Positions 33,047 through 43,301 of a DNA stretch of 64,000 nt are shown here, piece by piece. The stretch is taken from assembly GCA_963693055.1 (NCBI GenBank), contig OY843751.1:4096001-4160000 (forward strand), in the 5' to 3' direction. The notes under the pieces were generated by a model. The model had not been told where the DNA came from. It saw only the letters and a list, made by a program, of their open reading frames with translations, and did no database searches. This DNA is from a bacterium (GTDB taxonomy: Bacteria > Zhuqueibacterota > Zhuqueibacteria > Residuimicrobiales > Krinioviventaceae). The position numbers were made by a program, and so were the translations under genes. Numbering within the stretch: the first letter of the stretch is position 1; the number at the start of each line of letters is the position of its first letter.

Positions 33047-33994
33047 TTATTCTTTAAACACCGGCACTACATTACGAATACCAACCTCTCCACCCCTGGC
33101 CGGTAGTGTGATCAGCTTGCCGCCGGTGGGCCAGGCCCATTTGGTGGACTCGCCTGTAATGTATCCATACGCCAGAATGATACCGCCGGTATATTCACCC
33201 CAATAATTGTTATAATGATCATGTCCGCAAAAGGTCGCCCGAATGTTTCCCACCTCTACAAATGCATCATACACACTGCCATCGTCTTCTTCATAATAGA
33301 CTTTTTCCTTACTTTCACCCTGTTTGGGGATGCTGGTATCGTTCCACAAGTCCTGATACTGTTTTAACGGAATGTGAAAAAACGCAATTGCAGGATCATC
33401 ATACTTTTTCGACATGTCCCGGTACCAGTCCAACTGGTCTGCTTTAATGGATTTAAATCCTTTTTGTGAACCGGAATCAAAATTCCAGAGCTGCCAGGCG
33501 GTTTTATCACCAGATTTCACCTCGATTACGTAATCATATTTTTTACTGTCGCCATTGCCATGGTAACCCAACATACCCCATTGAGAGCATTCAATCACCT
33601 GGGCAATTGAATCTCTACCGAATCCGCCTTCGGGATCATGATTACCGTAAATGAACAACCAGGGACGCTCAAAAGCGTCGAAAACATTTACAACCGAAGA
33701 TACCATCAAATGGCCCTCGTTTTCCCATCCGGTCATAATATCACCGGTTAATGCAATGATGTGGGGATCATACATTTCTACCAGCTTACGCACCCGTTGA
33801 AAGGTAACAAGATCTTTTTTCCATCTTTCCGTATGGCCCAGGTGCATATCGGTAAATTGTAAAATCCGTATGGAATCCGCGCAATCACAGACGGTTACCT
33901 CAAAGCGGTCGGTATCAGTTTGAACGGGTTTGATCTGCGCAAATCCCAACAGACTGGTAAACAATAAGAGTAATACGATAATGTTTCGTTTCAT
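33047..33994 (-). CDS. Secreted calcineurin-like metallophosphoesterase (DCR2-like)
   Basis: 'QFTDMH', 'TGD', 'GNHD', 'FFHIPL', 'CGHDH.N'. Confidence 0.92.
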   Translation of the reverse strand: MKRNIIVLLLLFTSLLGFAQIKPVQTDTDRFEVTVCDCADSIRILQFTDMHLGHTERWKKDLVTFQRVRKLVEMYDPHIIALTGDIMTGWENEGHLMVSSVVNVFDAFERPWLFIYGNHDPEGGFGRDSIAQVIECSQWGMLGYHGNGDSKKYDYVIEVKSGDKTAWQLWNFDSGSQKGFKSIKADQLDWYRDMSKKYDDPAIAFFHIPLKQYQDLWNDTSIPKQGESKEKVYYEEDDGSVYDAFVEVGNIRATFCGHDHYNNYWGEYTGGIILAYGYITGESTKWAWPTGGKLITLPARGGEVGIRNVVPVFKE

Positions 33995-34204
33995 TCATTT
34001 CTCCAAATCAGATAACGGTTAATCATTTACAGAAGCTAATTTAACATATATCATAATTCATTACAACGAATAATTTTCTGCTTTTGCGCCGGAACCAACG
34101 GAAATCGGTACAGTTTTTTCTTGATTGCATGGATTCATTTTCATACATTTTCATGTGGGGATATTCCCAAAATCCAAAACAATTTCGAACACACGAGGAA
34201 CACG

Positions 34205-35962
34205 ATGAAAAGTCGCACTCTTTTTTTAACAATCGTCCTGTTACTGCTATTGGGGACAACCATTACGTTTTCAGCGGATAAAGTATTAGAACAGTATAAG
34301 CAATTAATTAATAAACTTGAAAAGTACAAAACACAAAAACTCGACCAGGCCGAAATTAAAAAAATCCGTTCTGAATTAATAAACATTCAATCACAATATA
34401 ATAATTCTATAAACTCACAAAATTCAAAAACAGTTTATACAGACAGTACGGCATATGAATCGGATGATATTATCATTTCTGATCTACTGATAGAAGATTC
34501 AGGTTTTGGTTTATATCAGGTAAAAGGATTTGTTAAGAATAAATCACATCAATGTTTTGATCATCTCATAATAAACTTGCATATTTTCCAAAATGACTCC
34601 CTTGTACATACAACACCTTTATTTATACAAAAATATTCATATTCATATTTCGGTTTTTTACCATTCTCAACATCAAAGATCTGGATGTTAATGGAAAAAG
34701 TAGAATTTACAAGTTTACAATTGGATATCGATTACTCTAAAGTTGTACCCGCTGCAGGTGATAAATTTTTATGTGATCAGCTTCTTGTATTAAAAGATAA
34801 TAATTTTGAAGAACTGGAAATGTTCTATTCGCGTTGGTTAAACTGGTCCGGCTGCCTTGTAAATGCTTATAATTATTTTATTTCTTATCCGGAAATTGAA
34901 GCAATTATGTACAAAAACAATCAAATTGTAGATACGTTTCCTGTATATCTTGATATGCCTTGTCAATTATCAGAAAAAGTTGCTATCAGTATAGTCACTC
35001 AAAAACCGGACGAATGGGAGGTAATTTATTTAACCAACTGTGCAAATCAACCCATTGATATTTCAGGTTGGACTTTGGGAAACAGCATCACACCCAAAGC
35101 ATACAGAATCCCTCAAAATACTACAATAAATCCATCCGTGGGTCTTTATTTTGATGATTTGAATTTTAGCATTCTGGATGAAAATGAAACCATCTATTTA
35201 CATGACAACGAAGGAAACCTGGTTTGCACTTGGATTGATACAATTGATTATTACGCATTGGCACCTGGGAATAATATATGTTTTATGAATGGTATGTTTA
35301 TTAAAAATGATTTTGATAATGTACAGTATGAAATCTATTATGATGTTCAGTCTTTAACCGGCTCCGGCAACATTCCGCCCAACCTGCCGAAAATGAATAA
35401 ACTTATCTACAGTACTGAAACGGACGTGGAATTAACAGTTGAATTCTTTATGATAGATTATAATAACGATGACATGGAGTTAACCATCGACTGGGGAGAC
35501 GGATCAGATTTCACAACCCAATCCGGTATCGCATCCCGCTCCTTCCCACAGTTCACTCACACCTATGCGGATACGGGTACGTTCTATATCAGCGCCAAAG
35601 CATCTGACGACAGTTCGGAAACACAATGGAGTTTTGGCGTGCCGGTCCAAGTAACCAGTTCAACTACTGAAATTATTGCTGACAAATCATCAATTCCGGT
35701 ATCCTTTGCGTTGCAGCAGAATTACCCCAATCCTTTCAATCCCTCTACTACCATCAGTTATACAGTAGCGGAGAAAAGTAATGTGCGTCTTGAGGTTTTT
35801 GATGCCAGCGGCAGGCTGGTCACAACTCTGACCAACGCCGAGCACCAACCAGGTTCTTATCAACTGGACTGGAACGCCGCCACCCACAGCAGCGGCGTAT
35901 ACCTCTGCCGCATGACTGCCGGCAGTTATTCAAGCGTAAGAAAAATGTTGTTGATCAAATAA
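34205..35962 (+). CDS. Secreted lamin-tail-domain + PKD protein with T9SS-type C-terminal domain
   Basis: Start MKSRTL after GAGGA; LTD 'LTNC..QPIDISGWTLGNS...IPQNT.I'; PKD 'IDWGDGS...HTY..TGTF'; 'QNYPNPFNP...RKMLLIK'. Confidence 0.82.
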   Translation: MKSRTLFLTIVLLLLLGTTITFSADKVLEQYKQLINKLEKYKTQKLDQAEIKKIRSELINIQSQYNNSINSQNSKTVYTDSTAYESDDIIISDLLIEDSGFGLYQVKGFVKNKSHQCFDHLIINLHIFQNDSLVHTTPLFIQKYSYSYFGFLPFSTSKIWMLMEKVEFTSLQLDIDYSKVVPAAGDKFLCDQLLVLKDNNFEELEMFYSRWLNWSGCLVNAYNYFISYPEIEAIMYKNNQIVDTFPVYLDMPCQLSEKVAISIVTQKPDEWEVIYLTNCANQPIDISGWTLGNSITPKAYRIPQNTTINPSVGLYFDDLNFSILDENETIYLHDNEGNLVCTWIDTIDYYALAPGNNICFMNGMFIKNDFDNVQYEIYYDVQSLTGSGNIPPNLPKMNKLIYSTETDVELTVEFFMIDYNNDDMELTIDWGDGSDFTTQSGIASRSFPQFTHTYADTGTFYISAKASDDSSETQWSFGVPVQVTSSTTEIIADKSSIPVSFALQQNYPNPFNPSTTISYTVAEKSNVRLEVFDASGRLVTTLTNAEHQPGSYQLDWNAATHSSGVYLCRMTAGSYSSVRKMLLIK

Positions 35963-36085
35963 TTATTAATTCATGTATTAAATAATTGAGGAGGATGATA
36001 TCTGAATTAGTGCATTAAAAAGTTAAATAAAAGCAATTAACTAATTTTTCACACAAGACTAGACTATTAAAATCAAAGGGATGAG

Positions 36086-38893
36086 ATGAAAAATTTTAAA
36101 ACTGTTGTTTTGACTCTTGTTTTTGCAGTATCCACATTATTCGCAAACCAAAATGCATTTAACCAATTTAAAACTACAAAAGAAAAACTGGGGCAGTTGT
36201 ATAAACAATCCACATTGACAAAAGAAAATACGAACGATATACTGCAATTAAAAAAAGAACTATTTGAATTCAAGAATGAAATCAAGCAGCAGTCTATTGA
36301 TTATCCCAAAACTGTGATTGATCAAGATAGTATGATCAATCTCGGTAATAATTTTATTTTAATAAATTACAAATTATTTGACTATAGTGATGATAGCTAT
36401 AGAATAATTGGTTATATAAAAAGCACATCTGCCACATATTCACAATATGTGAGAATTAATTTTCATCAAAAAAAAGATGGAAACTGGGTAAACTCTGATT
36501 ACACATATATTGATTTTGATACTTATGAATCTTCTGGCATGTTACCCTATTCATTTTCATTTTTTGATACATTTATAGATAAAATAGATTTTGATGAAAT
36601 TGCATTTGATATAGAATATAGCGATAGTAGAGGATTTGAGAAATTTAATTGTGATCAAATATTCACAATAATATCAAATGATATAATTGAAGATGGATAT
36701 ACTGACGATTGGATGGGTTGTCTTGAAAACAATTATAATTATTCTTTTACATTTCCACAAATTTTTGCATGTTTTTTCAAGAATGGATTACTGGTTGAAT
36801 GCGATTATACTTATCTGGATACTGAATGTAATAGCAATCGATCTGTTATCATTTATTACTATACGGATTCTCCAGATGAACGTGAACAGATCACATTAAA
36901 AAATTGCACAGATAAAGCTATTGATTTATCAGGTTGGACATTAGGAAACAGCATAAACAAAAATGCCTTCACAATTCCTCAAAATACAATAATCGGAGCA
37001 GGTGACACAAAACGCTTCACACATTCTCAATTAGGCTTTGAAATACTTGATGACGATGAAGCAATATACTTGAAAGACAATGAAGGAAAAGATGTCTTTA
37101 TTTATGATGATAATTATGATTCCAACATGATGATGCCATATACATCATCCTGTTTTGATTCCTATCTTGATGTTCCAACGGATTATGATGAAGTCAAGTT
37201 TTTAAAAAGTTTCTCGATATATTCATTGGAAGGTTCAGGAAATGTACCCCCCAATATACCCAATTTCGATCAACCATCTTATAATACTAAACAAAGGCAA
37301 GAATTCAATATTGAATTATTTTTAATTGACCTTAATAATGACAACCTAACAGTAGTAATAGATTGGGGAGATGGTTCAACAAATGAGATTTCTTCTGGTC
37401 ATAATTCAAGATCATATCCAAATTTTACACATAATTATTCTCAAGAAGGTCTCTATTATATTAAATGCAAATCCAGTGATGGAGAGTTAGAGTCAGAGTG
37501 GTCTGATGAGATTTTAGTAAATGTTACAGCCATCCAGGAACTCGAAATCCAAAACACCTCAGTAAAACAAGCTATTTATCTAAATACATTTGCAGATACA
37601 TTAACCGCTACAGGTGGTATTCCCCCTTATTCCTGGGAAATAACAGGATCATTACCTCAAGGGCTTGAACTAGATAACGATAATGGTATTTTATATGGTA
37701 AACCTAAAGAATCTGGTGAATATGAAATGATCGTATCTGTATCAGATAACGGTACACCCAGTATATCAAAACAAGAAGATTTTACACTCTTTGTAATCAA
37801 TCATCCTCCTGTAGTGGAAGCAGATACATTAATAACAATTAATGAACATGACTATTTAGACATGGTTATAAACATGTCTGACCTGGACAATAATCCGATC
37901 ATAATTGATCACTCTAATCTGCCTTCATGGGCAACCTACGAAAGCGCACATATTTTTGGTACAATTCCAGAAAGTGCTCAAGACACCTTAATTAAAATAA
38001 TAGCTACGGATAATGAATTGTCAGATACACTGGTTACATTCATTGATATCATACCGGTAAACGACCCGCCACAACTGACATCAGAAAATAATATTTCTAC
38101 TCCTCAGGATACACTTTTTTCATATATAGCAAAAGCAACGGATCCTGAAGATTCATCAATTACATATGTATTTGAAAACCTTCCTTCCTGGTTAACGACA
38201 CAGGACTCTCTTGTTACCGGAATCACACCAATAGGTTCACCAGACACATCATTTACAATAATTGCTTCTGATGGTGAATTATCAGATACACTTTTGGTTA
38301 CAATTCATTTTCAAGAAAATGCTGCACCTCAAATTCAAAACATTAGCAATGTTCAATTTACCAATGATTCCAACTATATTCTTGATTTAGATTCTTGTGC
38401 AACGGATCAAGATCATGATATCGAAGAATTATCCTGGTCTGTGAAAACAATAATAGACCAACTCGTGACTGAAATTGATAATAATATTTTAACCTTGTCA
38501 GCACCAAACTGGACAGGAACAACAAATATAGTTTTAACTGTTAGTGATCCGTTAGGAGCAAAAGACAGTTTAAATATTGATATTGTTGTTACATTTCCCC
38601 TTTCTTTAAATGAAAATGAATCCATACCAAAATCATTTTCTCTAAATGCAAATTATCCCAATCCTTTCAATCCCTCCACCACAATCAGTTATACTGTGGC
38701 GGAGAAAAGCTATGTGCGTTTGGAAATATTTGATATTAACGGCAGGTTGGTCACAACCCTGACCAACGCCGAGCACCAGCCAGGATCATATCATTTGGAA
38801 TGGAATGCCGCCACTCACAGCAGTGGCGTTTACCTCTGTCGCATGACTGCCGGCAGCTATACAAACGTAAGAAAAATGTTGTTGATCAAATAG
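36086..38893 (+). CDS. Secreted lamin-tail + PKD + Ig/cadherin-like repeat protein with T9SS-type C-terminal domain (paralog of the upstream gene)
   Basis: Same N-terminal/LTD/PKD layout plus 'ATGGIPPYSW...GSLPQGL' (He_PIG), 'NLPSWL', 'VNDPPQ' repeats. Confidence 0.85.
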   Translation: MKNFKTVVLTLVFAVSTLFANQNAFNQFKTTKEKLGQLYKQSTLTKENTNDILQLKKELFEFKNEIKQQSIDYPKTVIDQDSMINLGNNFILINYKLFDYSDDSYRIIGYIKSTSATYSQYVRINFHQKKDGNWVNSDYTYIDFDTYESSGMLPYSFSFFDTFIDKIDFDEIAFDIEYSDSRGFEKFNCDQIFTIISNDIIEDGYTDDWMGCLENNYNYSFTFPQIFACFFKNGLLVECDYTYLDTECNSNRSVIIYYYTDSPDEREQITLKNCTDKAIDLSGWTLGNSINKNAFTIPQNTIIGAGDTKRFTHSQLGFEILDDDEAIYLKDNEGKDVFIYDDNYDSNMMMPYTSSCFDSYLDVPTDYDEVKFLKSFSIYSLEGSGNVPPNIPNFDQPSYNTKQRQEFNIELFLIDLNNDNLTVVIDWGDGSTNEISSGHNSRSYPNFTHNYSQEGLYYIKCKSSDGELESEWSDEILVNVTAIQELEIQNTSVKQAIYLNTFADTLTATGGIPPYSWEITGSLPQGLELDNDNGILYGKPKESGEYEMIVSVSDNGTPSISKQEDFTLFVINHPPVVEADTLITINEHDYLDMVINMSDLDNNPIIIDHSNLPSWATYESAHIFGTIPESAQDTLIKIIATDNELSDTLVTFIDIIPVNDPPQLTSENNISTPQDTLFSYIAKATDPEDSSITYVFENLPSWLTTQDSLVTGITPIGSPDTSFTIIASDGELSDTLLVTIHFQENAAPQIQNISNVQFTNDSNYILDLDSCATDQDHDIEELSWSVKTIIDQLVTEIDNNILTLSAPNWTGTTNIVLTVSDPLGAKDSLNIDIVVTFPLSLNENESIPKSFSLNANYPNPFNPSTTISYTVAEKSYVRLEIFDINGRLVTTLTNAEHQPGSYHLEWNAATHSSGVYLCRMTAGSYTNVRKMLLIK

Positions 38894-38924
38894 AATTGAC
38901 TCAAAATTTTATAACATATTTATA

Positions 38925-38951
38925 CTACCGGGAGATCCAATCTCCCGGTAG
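38925..38951. terminator. Hairpin terminating the virion-like operon and the convergent gene
   Basis: ctaccgggagat-cca-atctcccggtag perfect 12-bp stem. Confidence 0.75.
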
Positions 38952-38959
38952 CTTTCTTA

Positions 38960-39235
38960 TCAGTCCTCATCCACATTGGCCAGCGGCACTTTGAACTCGC
39001 CGGCAACGGATTCGATCACGGATTTTACCGCGCTTACGGCGGCATCGTCCAGGTCTGTTCCTGAACGCTCGCTGAGCGGCTCCAGCTCTGCATCCACAAC
39101 AGGATAAAGCGTTGCAAGTGCAACAGCACCATGCTCGGGTTCACGCTCCATCAATGATTGTAAAAGCGGTTTTAATACCTGTTCCAATGCCAGTTTAATT
39201 ACCGGTGCCAGCAAATTCAACAATTGTTCTTTCAT
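38960..39235 (-). CDS. Hypothetical protein, last gene of the virion-like operon (lysis-region position)
   Basis: AAGGGGAG RBS; amphipathic helices with a 'T.LDD' motif reminiscent of small phage lysis-region proteins. Confidence 0.6.
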   Translation of the reverse strand: MKEQLLNLLAPVIKLALEQVLKPLLQSLMEREPEHGAVALATLYPVVDAELEPLSERSGTDLDDAAVSAVKSVIESVAGEFKVPLANVDED

Positions 39236-39303
39236 GTGTTCTCCCCTTTATTGGTTATTTAATCTTTATGAGGATTTATTTCCCCTTGTGAGGTACCCCA
39301 TCA

Positions 39304-39522
39304 TTATTTATGTACCGACTTTAATCTCGTCAGCATCTGCTTTTCTCTTACCAGCGCGTCACCCCCTTCTTTTAACCGGCCCCGCTTTTCACCCAACCCA
39401 AAAGTCATCCACACAAAACCGGCTTTGCACAACCAGGGCGATATCGCTTGTCCCGCCCCCGGAATAAAATTAACCGCTCCCCCCAGACCCAAAAGCAGCA
39501 ATCCCGTCAACGTTTTTGGCAC
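39304..39522 (-). CDS. Small membrane protein, holin-like
   Basis: AGGAGGAG RBS with GTG start; two hydrophobic segments and a basic C-terminus. Confidence 0.5.
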   Translation of the reverse strand: MPKTLTGLLLLGLGGAVNFIPGAGQAISPWLCKAGFVWMTFGLGEKRGRLKEGGDALVREKQMLTRLKSVHK

Positions 39523-39538
39523 ATCTCCTCCTTTCTGT

Positions 39539-39922
39539 TTATTGTTCTACAAATTTCAATTCTATATCCCGTTTGGCCTCATCCAATCCCCCTGCGTAAT
39601 ATTCAGGTATTTCACACGCCATTCTTACAGCAATATTTACAGATTCCCCCTTAACATTGCAATATTGCAACTGCATCAACTCGTCGTTCCCCGCAAGCAT
39701 TGCCAGTTTATCAAGCGTTGATCGTCTTGCGGTCCGAATGGAACAAGTATAAACATCGTATGCCTGTCCATGTCGCAGAATGAATGGCCTGCGATTCTGC
39801 AGCCGTTTCAATGTAAACGGTTGAATGGTTTTGACATTTAGGGACCGTACTTCATCCGAATAAAAAGTTAATGTGACAGCTTCCCCTCCACCGGGCACGG
39901 ATATACACAATGCTTCTGTCAT
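39539..39922 (-). CDS. Putative distal-tail-like protein (paralog of 42918..43301)
   Basis: 127 aa, 'FYSDEVR', C-terminal 'IELKFVE'; ATGA-coupled to the 999-aa gene. Confidence 0.55.
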   Translation of the reverse strand: MTEALCISVPGGGEAVTLTFYSDEVRSLNVKTIQPFTLKRLQNRRPFILRHGQAYDVYTCSIRTARRSTLDKLAMLAGNDELMQLQYCNVKGESVNIAVRMACEIPEYYAGGLDEAKRDIELKFVEQ

Positions 39923-42918
39923 ATTGAAATCTCCTGCTCATGGGTAATATCATATCCTTTCAACAGCACTTCAATCCCATCTGTAAATGATATCTGTTTA
40001 CCGGTAACCCGAATATATCGATCCAATTCAGGTTTTTCACTCTGTACATGCAGCACATCACCAATCTCGATGGGGATTCCCTGCAAGTTCAACCGACACT
40101 GAATCAGCAGTACCCCAAAAGCCCACATTTCATATAATTCCGAGACCAATAATCCAACGGATTCCGATGCAAAATAACCCGGCAGATCAAGTTGAGCGCT
40201 TTGCAGCAAACCGGATTGCAATTGGCTGAAAGGAATATCAGTGGGCCCGGCATATAAAGATCTGAATAAATAGGTGTTGTTATCATAATCATATCCATAA
40301 CGCAATTGCCATAAATTCACCCGTTCCCGCGAACCCATTTCCGGCCCGGGTAATAAATTGGTAACCCCACTTGTATCTACGACTGGTGCCTCACAATGAC
40401 GATGCACAAATAACCGTTCCACACCCCAGTTATCATTAAACAAGAATCCATTCAAATGCTGTGCAACACATTCCAATGCCTGCAAAACAGACATGTCCCG
40501 CTCTAACGATAAACTGATATGTAATCCATTATCCTCGCACCAGAGATATTCACGATCAAAATTATAATTGGGATCCGGAACATTCCGTTTTTTGATATAA
40601 ACATCACTACCACACGTCAATATCTCACCAAAAGGATTATTAACAGATACCCGGATATATGGAGGATATGATGCCTGCACATTGTTGCCAGAGGTAACAA
40701 CAAGCTCCAGCCCCCCAATGATCAAAGTTTCACCGGTTTGGATTTTCACAGGTGCCGTTACCGCAATATTAACATCTGTACTCCCTGCACCAATATCCTC
40801 AGCCAACACTCCAATCTGCTTTCGTTCAAAAAAAGATGAAGCCGCAATTAAATGCCGAGGTGTCTCTGTATGTTCACGTAATAATTGATAAATAACAGTA
40901 ACCGGATTAACATCTACCCAGGTTCTGCCCGTCTTGAATGATACCTTGTCACCGCTTCGGGTGGTTCCGTCCCATGCAGACGGTAGAATACATAGCTGCT
41001 CCCCACCTTGGATCGTATCAAAAGTTAAACCCAGTCTGTAAATCGTCAATCCATCACGTTCCATTATGTATGCATATTCACCATCCATGGCAATGGCATT
41101 GGCATTTCTCAAATAAAAGGGGCCATCCGCTCCGCGTATGGTTTCAATCAACCTGGCATTTAATGGATCAGAAATATCAATAACACTCAATGCATGATTG
41201 ATGGAAGATACACTGAACAACCGATTTCCCTCAATCGTAAACACCATTCCCGAGCTGTACCAGGGGGAGCCGGCACTGCCAAATTCTGTTGCGACAAAGG
41301 GATTTGTAATATCACTGATATCGATCACAAATATTCTACCGTATCGTCCTTTAACAAAAGCATAATTTCCGGAAATTCTCACAGAATAGCCACCCTCTTC
41401 AATGGCAAGTGTAGTTACTAGGACCAGATTTCCCGGTGCGTCAATATCAATGATCACCAAACGATTATCATAACTTGATACCGTCAAAAGATAGTGATCA
41501 ACAATATCAAAATCCCACAAACCCTGCATATAATTTGGCGAACCCACACCACCAAATCTTGATAAATACTGAATATTGAACGGATCATCGACATCGAAAA
41601 CATATATCGTATCCTGTCCCTGTACATATAAAAAATGGCCGTTCAATTTACATTTCACCGCAAAGAAATCTTCCGGAACTCCCTCTGCTCCCGCGGTTTG
41701 GGTGTCAATCAAAACAGGATTATAAGGATCTGAAACATAAAAACACTTAAATTTGCCAACAAACGATCCACTACTGATATCAACATAGGCTACATATACA
41801 TAATTGGATATTTTCTCTACTGCAGCATAAATACAATTATTTGCAAATGAAATAGAAGCACATTGCACTGGATTTGCAGGATCACTCACATCCAGAATAA
41901 CCAGTTTGCCCGTTTCCACAACAGGAATGAATACCCAATCCCGATCTTTAACCAGGTCCCATGCAAAACCCATATCATTTACCGGACCGGTAAACCTCCC
42001 GGTCATTCCATAATATCTGTCATATACACGGCCATCCACTCCGGAACCGGATAATGTATATTTTGTATTTGTAATAAAATCCAGCTGCCATTTACCGGGA
42101 TGGCAGTCCGCTTGTGGGAAAATGGATTCACGCTCCAAATCGCATGATGCGTCATCATTCCAGCAAATGCTGCATGCGCTGGAATGCTCTCCACTCACGC
42201 ACAATAATCGTGATGTTTCGTCCGAATCTACACCCACCAGTGCTCTGTCCAGCTTGCTTTTCCGAGAATCCACCAGAACCATCCGTACTGATCCTGCCAA
42301 AACCTCGGGCACTTTGAGTATCCTTCCCCGGAACAAAACCATGGGCTGCGCTGCCCCTGCAAGATGCAGTCTAACCTGCACCGGCGTATTCTCTGGCATT
42401 TGTGAGAAAAGATAGCCTCCCCTGGGCATATAAAAAGCCAGTGGCTCGGCAAGCGTGATCCTGTCCGTATGATTGTCGGCAGTATAACTCAATATCTCTA
42501 CAATTTGTTGTTTTATCGAACCATAATAATAATCTTCACCATAAAGTACAATACGTTCTCCCTGTGCATAGCTTACACCCGCCTGATGCTGGATCAAAAT
42601 CTCAGAACTCCCGGATTCTGCTGATTCAGCTATAATACTTTTTGCATGATGAAACGGGCTGGCCGGATTTATGGGGGATAGCGAGCCATCTGCATCAGCA
42701 ATCTCGATCTCCACATCCCGTAAAACAGAACGTCCACCCCATTGCGGATCTACATCTCTGCAATTGCTGATTGGACTAATGTTAATGACACTATTTTGAC
42801 CATCAATAACAATATTCCGGTCTTCAGGATCAACCAATAAATCCAAATAATATTGCTGCCCTCCTGCTTTTTCAAGTTCATACTGCCAATCCGCAGGTAA
42901 TGTTTTATAATCCGGCAT
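39919..42918 (-). CDS. Large tail/baseplate-hub-like protein with an inserted LVIVD-repeat beta-propeller
   Basis: LVIVD repeats 'LVILDVSDPANP', 'VFDVDDPFN', 'LVIIDIDAPGN', 'FVIDISDITNP', 'LSVIDISDPLN'; tail-hub-like termini ('VLFRGRI', 'NPVTVIYQLL', 'IEIGDVLHV'). Confidence 0.65.
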   Translation of the reverse strand: MPDYKTLPADWQYELEKAGGQQYYLDLLVDPEDRNIVIDGQNSVINISPISNCRDVDPQWGGRSVLRDVEIEIADADGSLSPINPASPFHHAKSIIAESAESGSSEILIQHQAGVSYAQGERIVLYGEDYYYGSIKQQIVEILSYTADNHTDRITLAEPLAFYMPRGGYLFSQMPENTPVQVRLHLAGAAQPMVLFRGRILKVPEVLAGSVRMVLVDSRKSKLDRALVGVDSDETSRLLCVSGEHSSACSICWNDDASCDLERESIFPQADCHPGKWQLDFITNTKYTLSGSGVDGRVYDRYYGMTGRFTGPVNDMGFAWDLVKDRDWVFIPVVETGKLVILDVSDPANPVQCASISFANNCIYAAVEKISNYVYVAYVDISSGSFVGKFKCFYVSDPYNPVLIDTQTAGAEGVPEDFFAVKCKLNGHFLYVQGQDTIYVFDVDDPFNIQYLSRFGGVGSPNYMQGLWDFDIVDHYLLTVSSYDNRLVIIDIDAPGNLVLVTTLAIEEGGYSVRISGNYAFVKGRYGRIFVIDISDITNPFVATEFGSAGSPWYSSGMVFTIEGNRLFSVSSINHALSVIDISDPLNARLIETIRGADGPFYLRNANAIAMDGEYAYIMERDGLTIYRLGLTFDTIQGGEQLCILPSAWDGTTRSGDKVSFKTGRTWVDVNPVTVIYQLLREHTETPRHLIAASSFFERKQIGVLAEDIGAGSTDVNIAVTAPVKIQTGETLIIGGLELVVTSGNNVQASYPPYIRVSVNNPFGEILTCGSDVYIKKRNVPDPNYNFDREYLWCEDNGLHISLSLERDMSVLQALECVAQHLNGFLFNDNWGVERLFVHRHCEAPVVDTSGVTNLLPGPEMGSRERVNLWQLRYGYDYDNNTYLFRSLYAGPTDIPFSQLQSGLLQSAQLDLPGYFASESVGLLVSELYEMWAFGVLLIQCRLNLQGIPIEIGDVLHVQSEKPELDRYIRVTGKQISFTDGIEVLLKGYDITHEQEISI

Positions 42919-43301
42919 TATTCACACTCCAACAAGGTCAATACGGTTTCTGATTTTGCCGCAGGTTGATGCCCAAACAAAATCGTTTTTTCAAATTCAG
43001 GATACAAGATGCATTTCAGCTCAAAATCAGGATCTTTGATCATGGCATAATGAACTGTCATCACATCCCTGATTGCCGTCAATGTTTTGATACGTTCTGC
43101 TGTATCCGCATGCATATTACAAATACGCATTTGAAGCGTATTCCATACGCCCCCTTCTTTCTCAATACCGGGGACCGTATTGCCATTCACACGGATTTGT
43201 TGAAAACGCAGGGATTGTTTAATCACATCTCGCACTTCATCCCGGTAAAATTGAACAATAGTTTGTCCACTTGCTATCGAAACTGCTACTATCCGGCTCA
43301 T
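42918..43301 (-). CDS. Putative distal-tail-like protein
   Basis: 127 aa, 'FYRDEVR', C-terminal 'LTLLE'; stop overlaps the start of the next gene. Confidence 0.55.
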   Translation of the reverse strand: MSRIVAVSIASGQTIVQFYRDEVRDVIKQSLRFQQIRVNGNTVPGIEKEGGVWNTLQMRICNMHADTAERIKTLTAIRDVMTVHYAMIKDPDFELKCILYPEFEKTILFGHQPAAKSETVLTLLECE

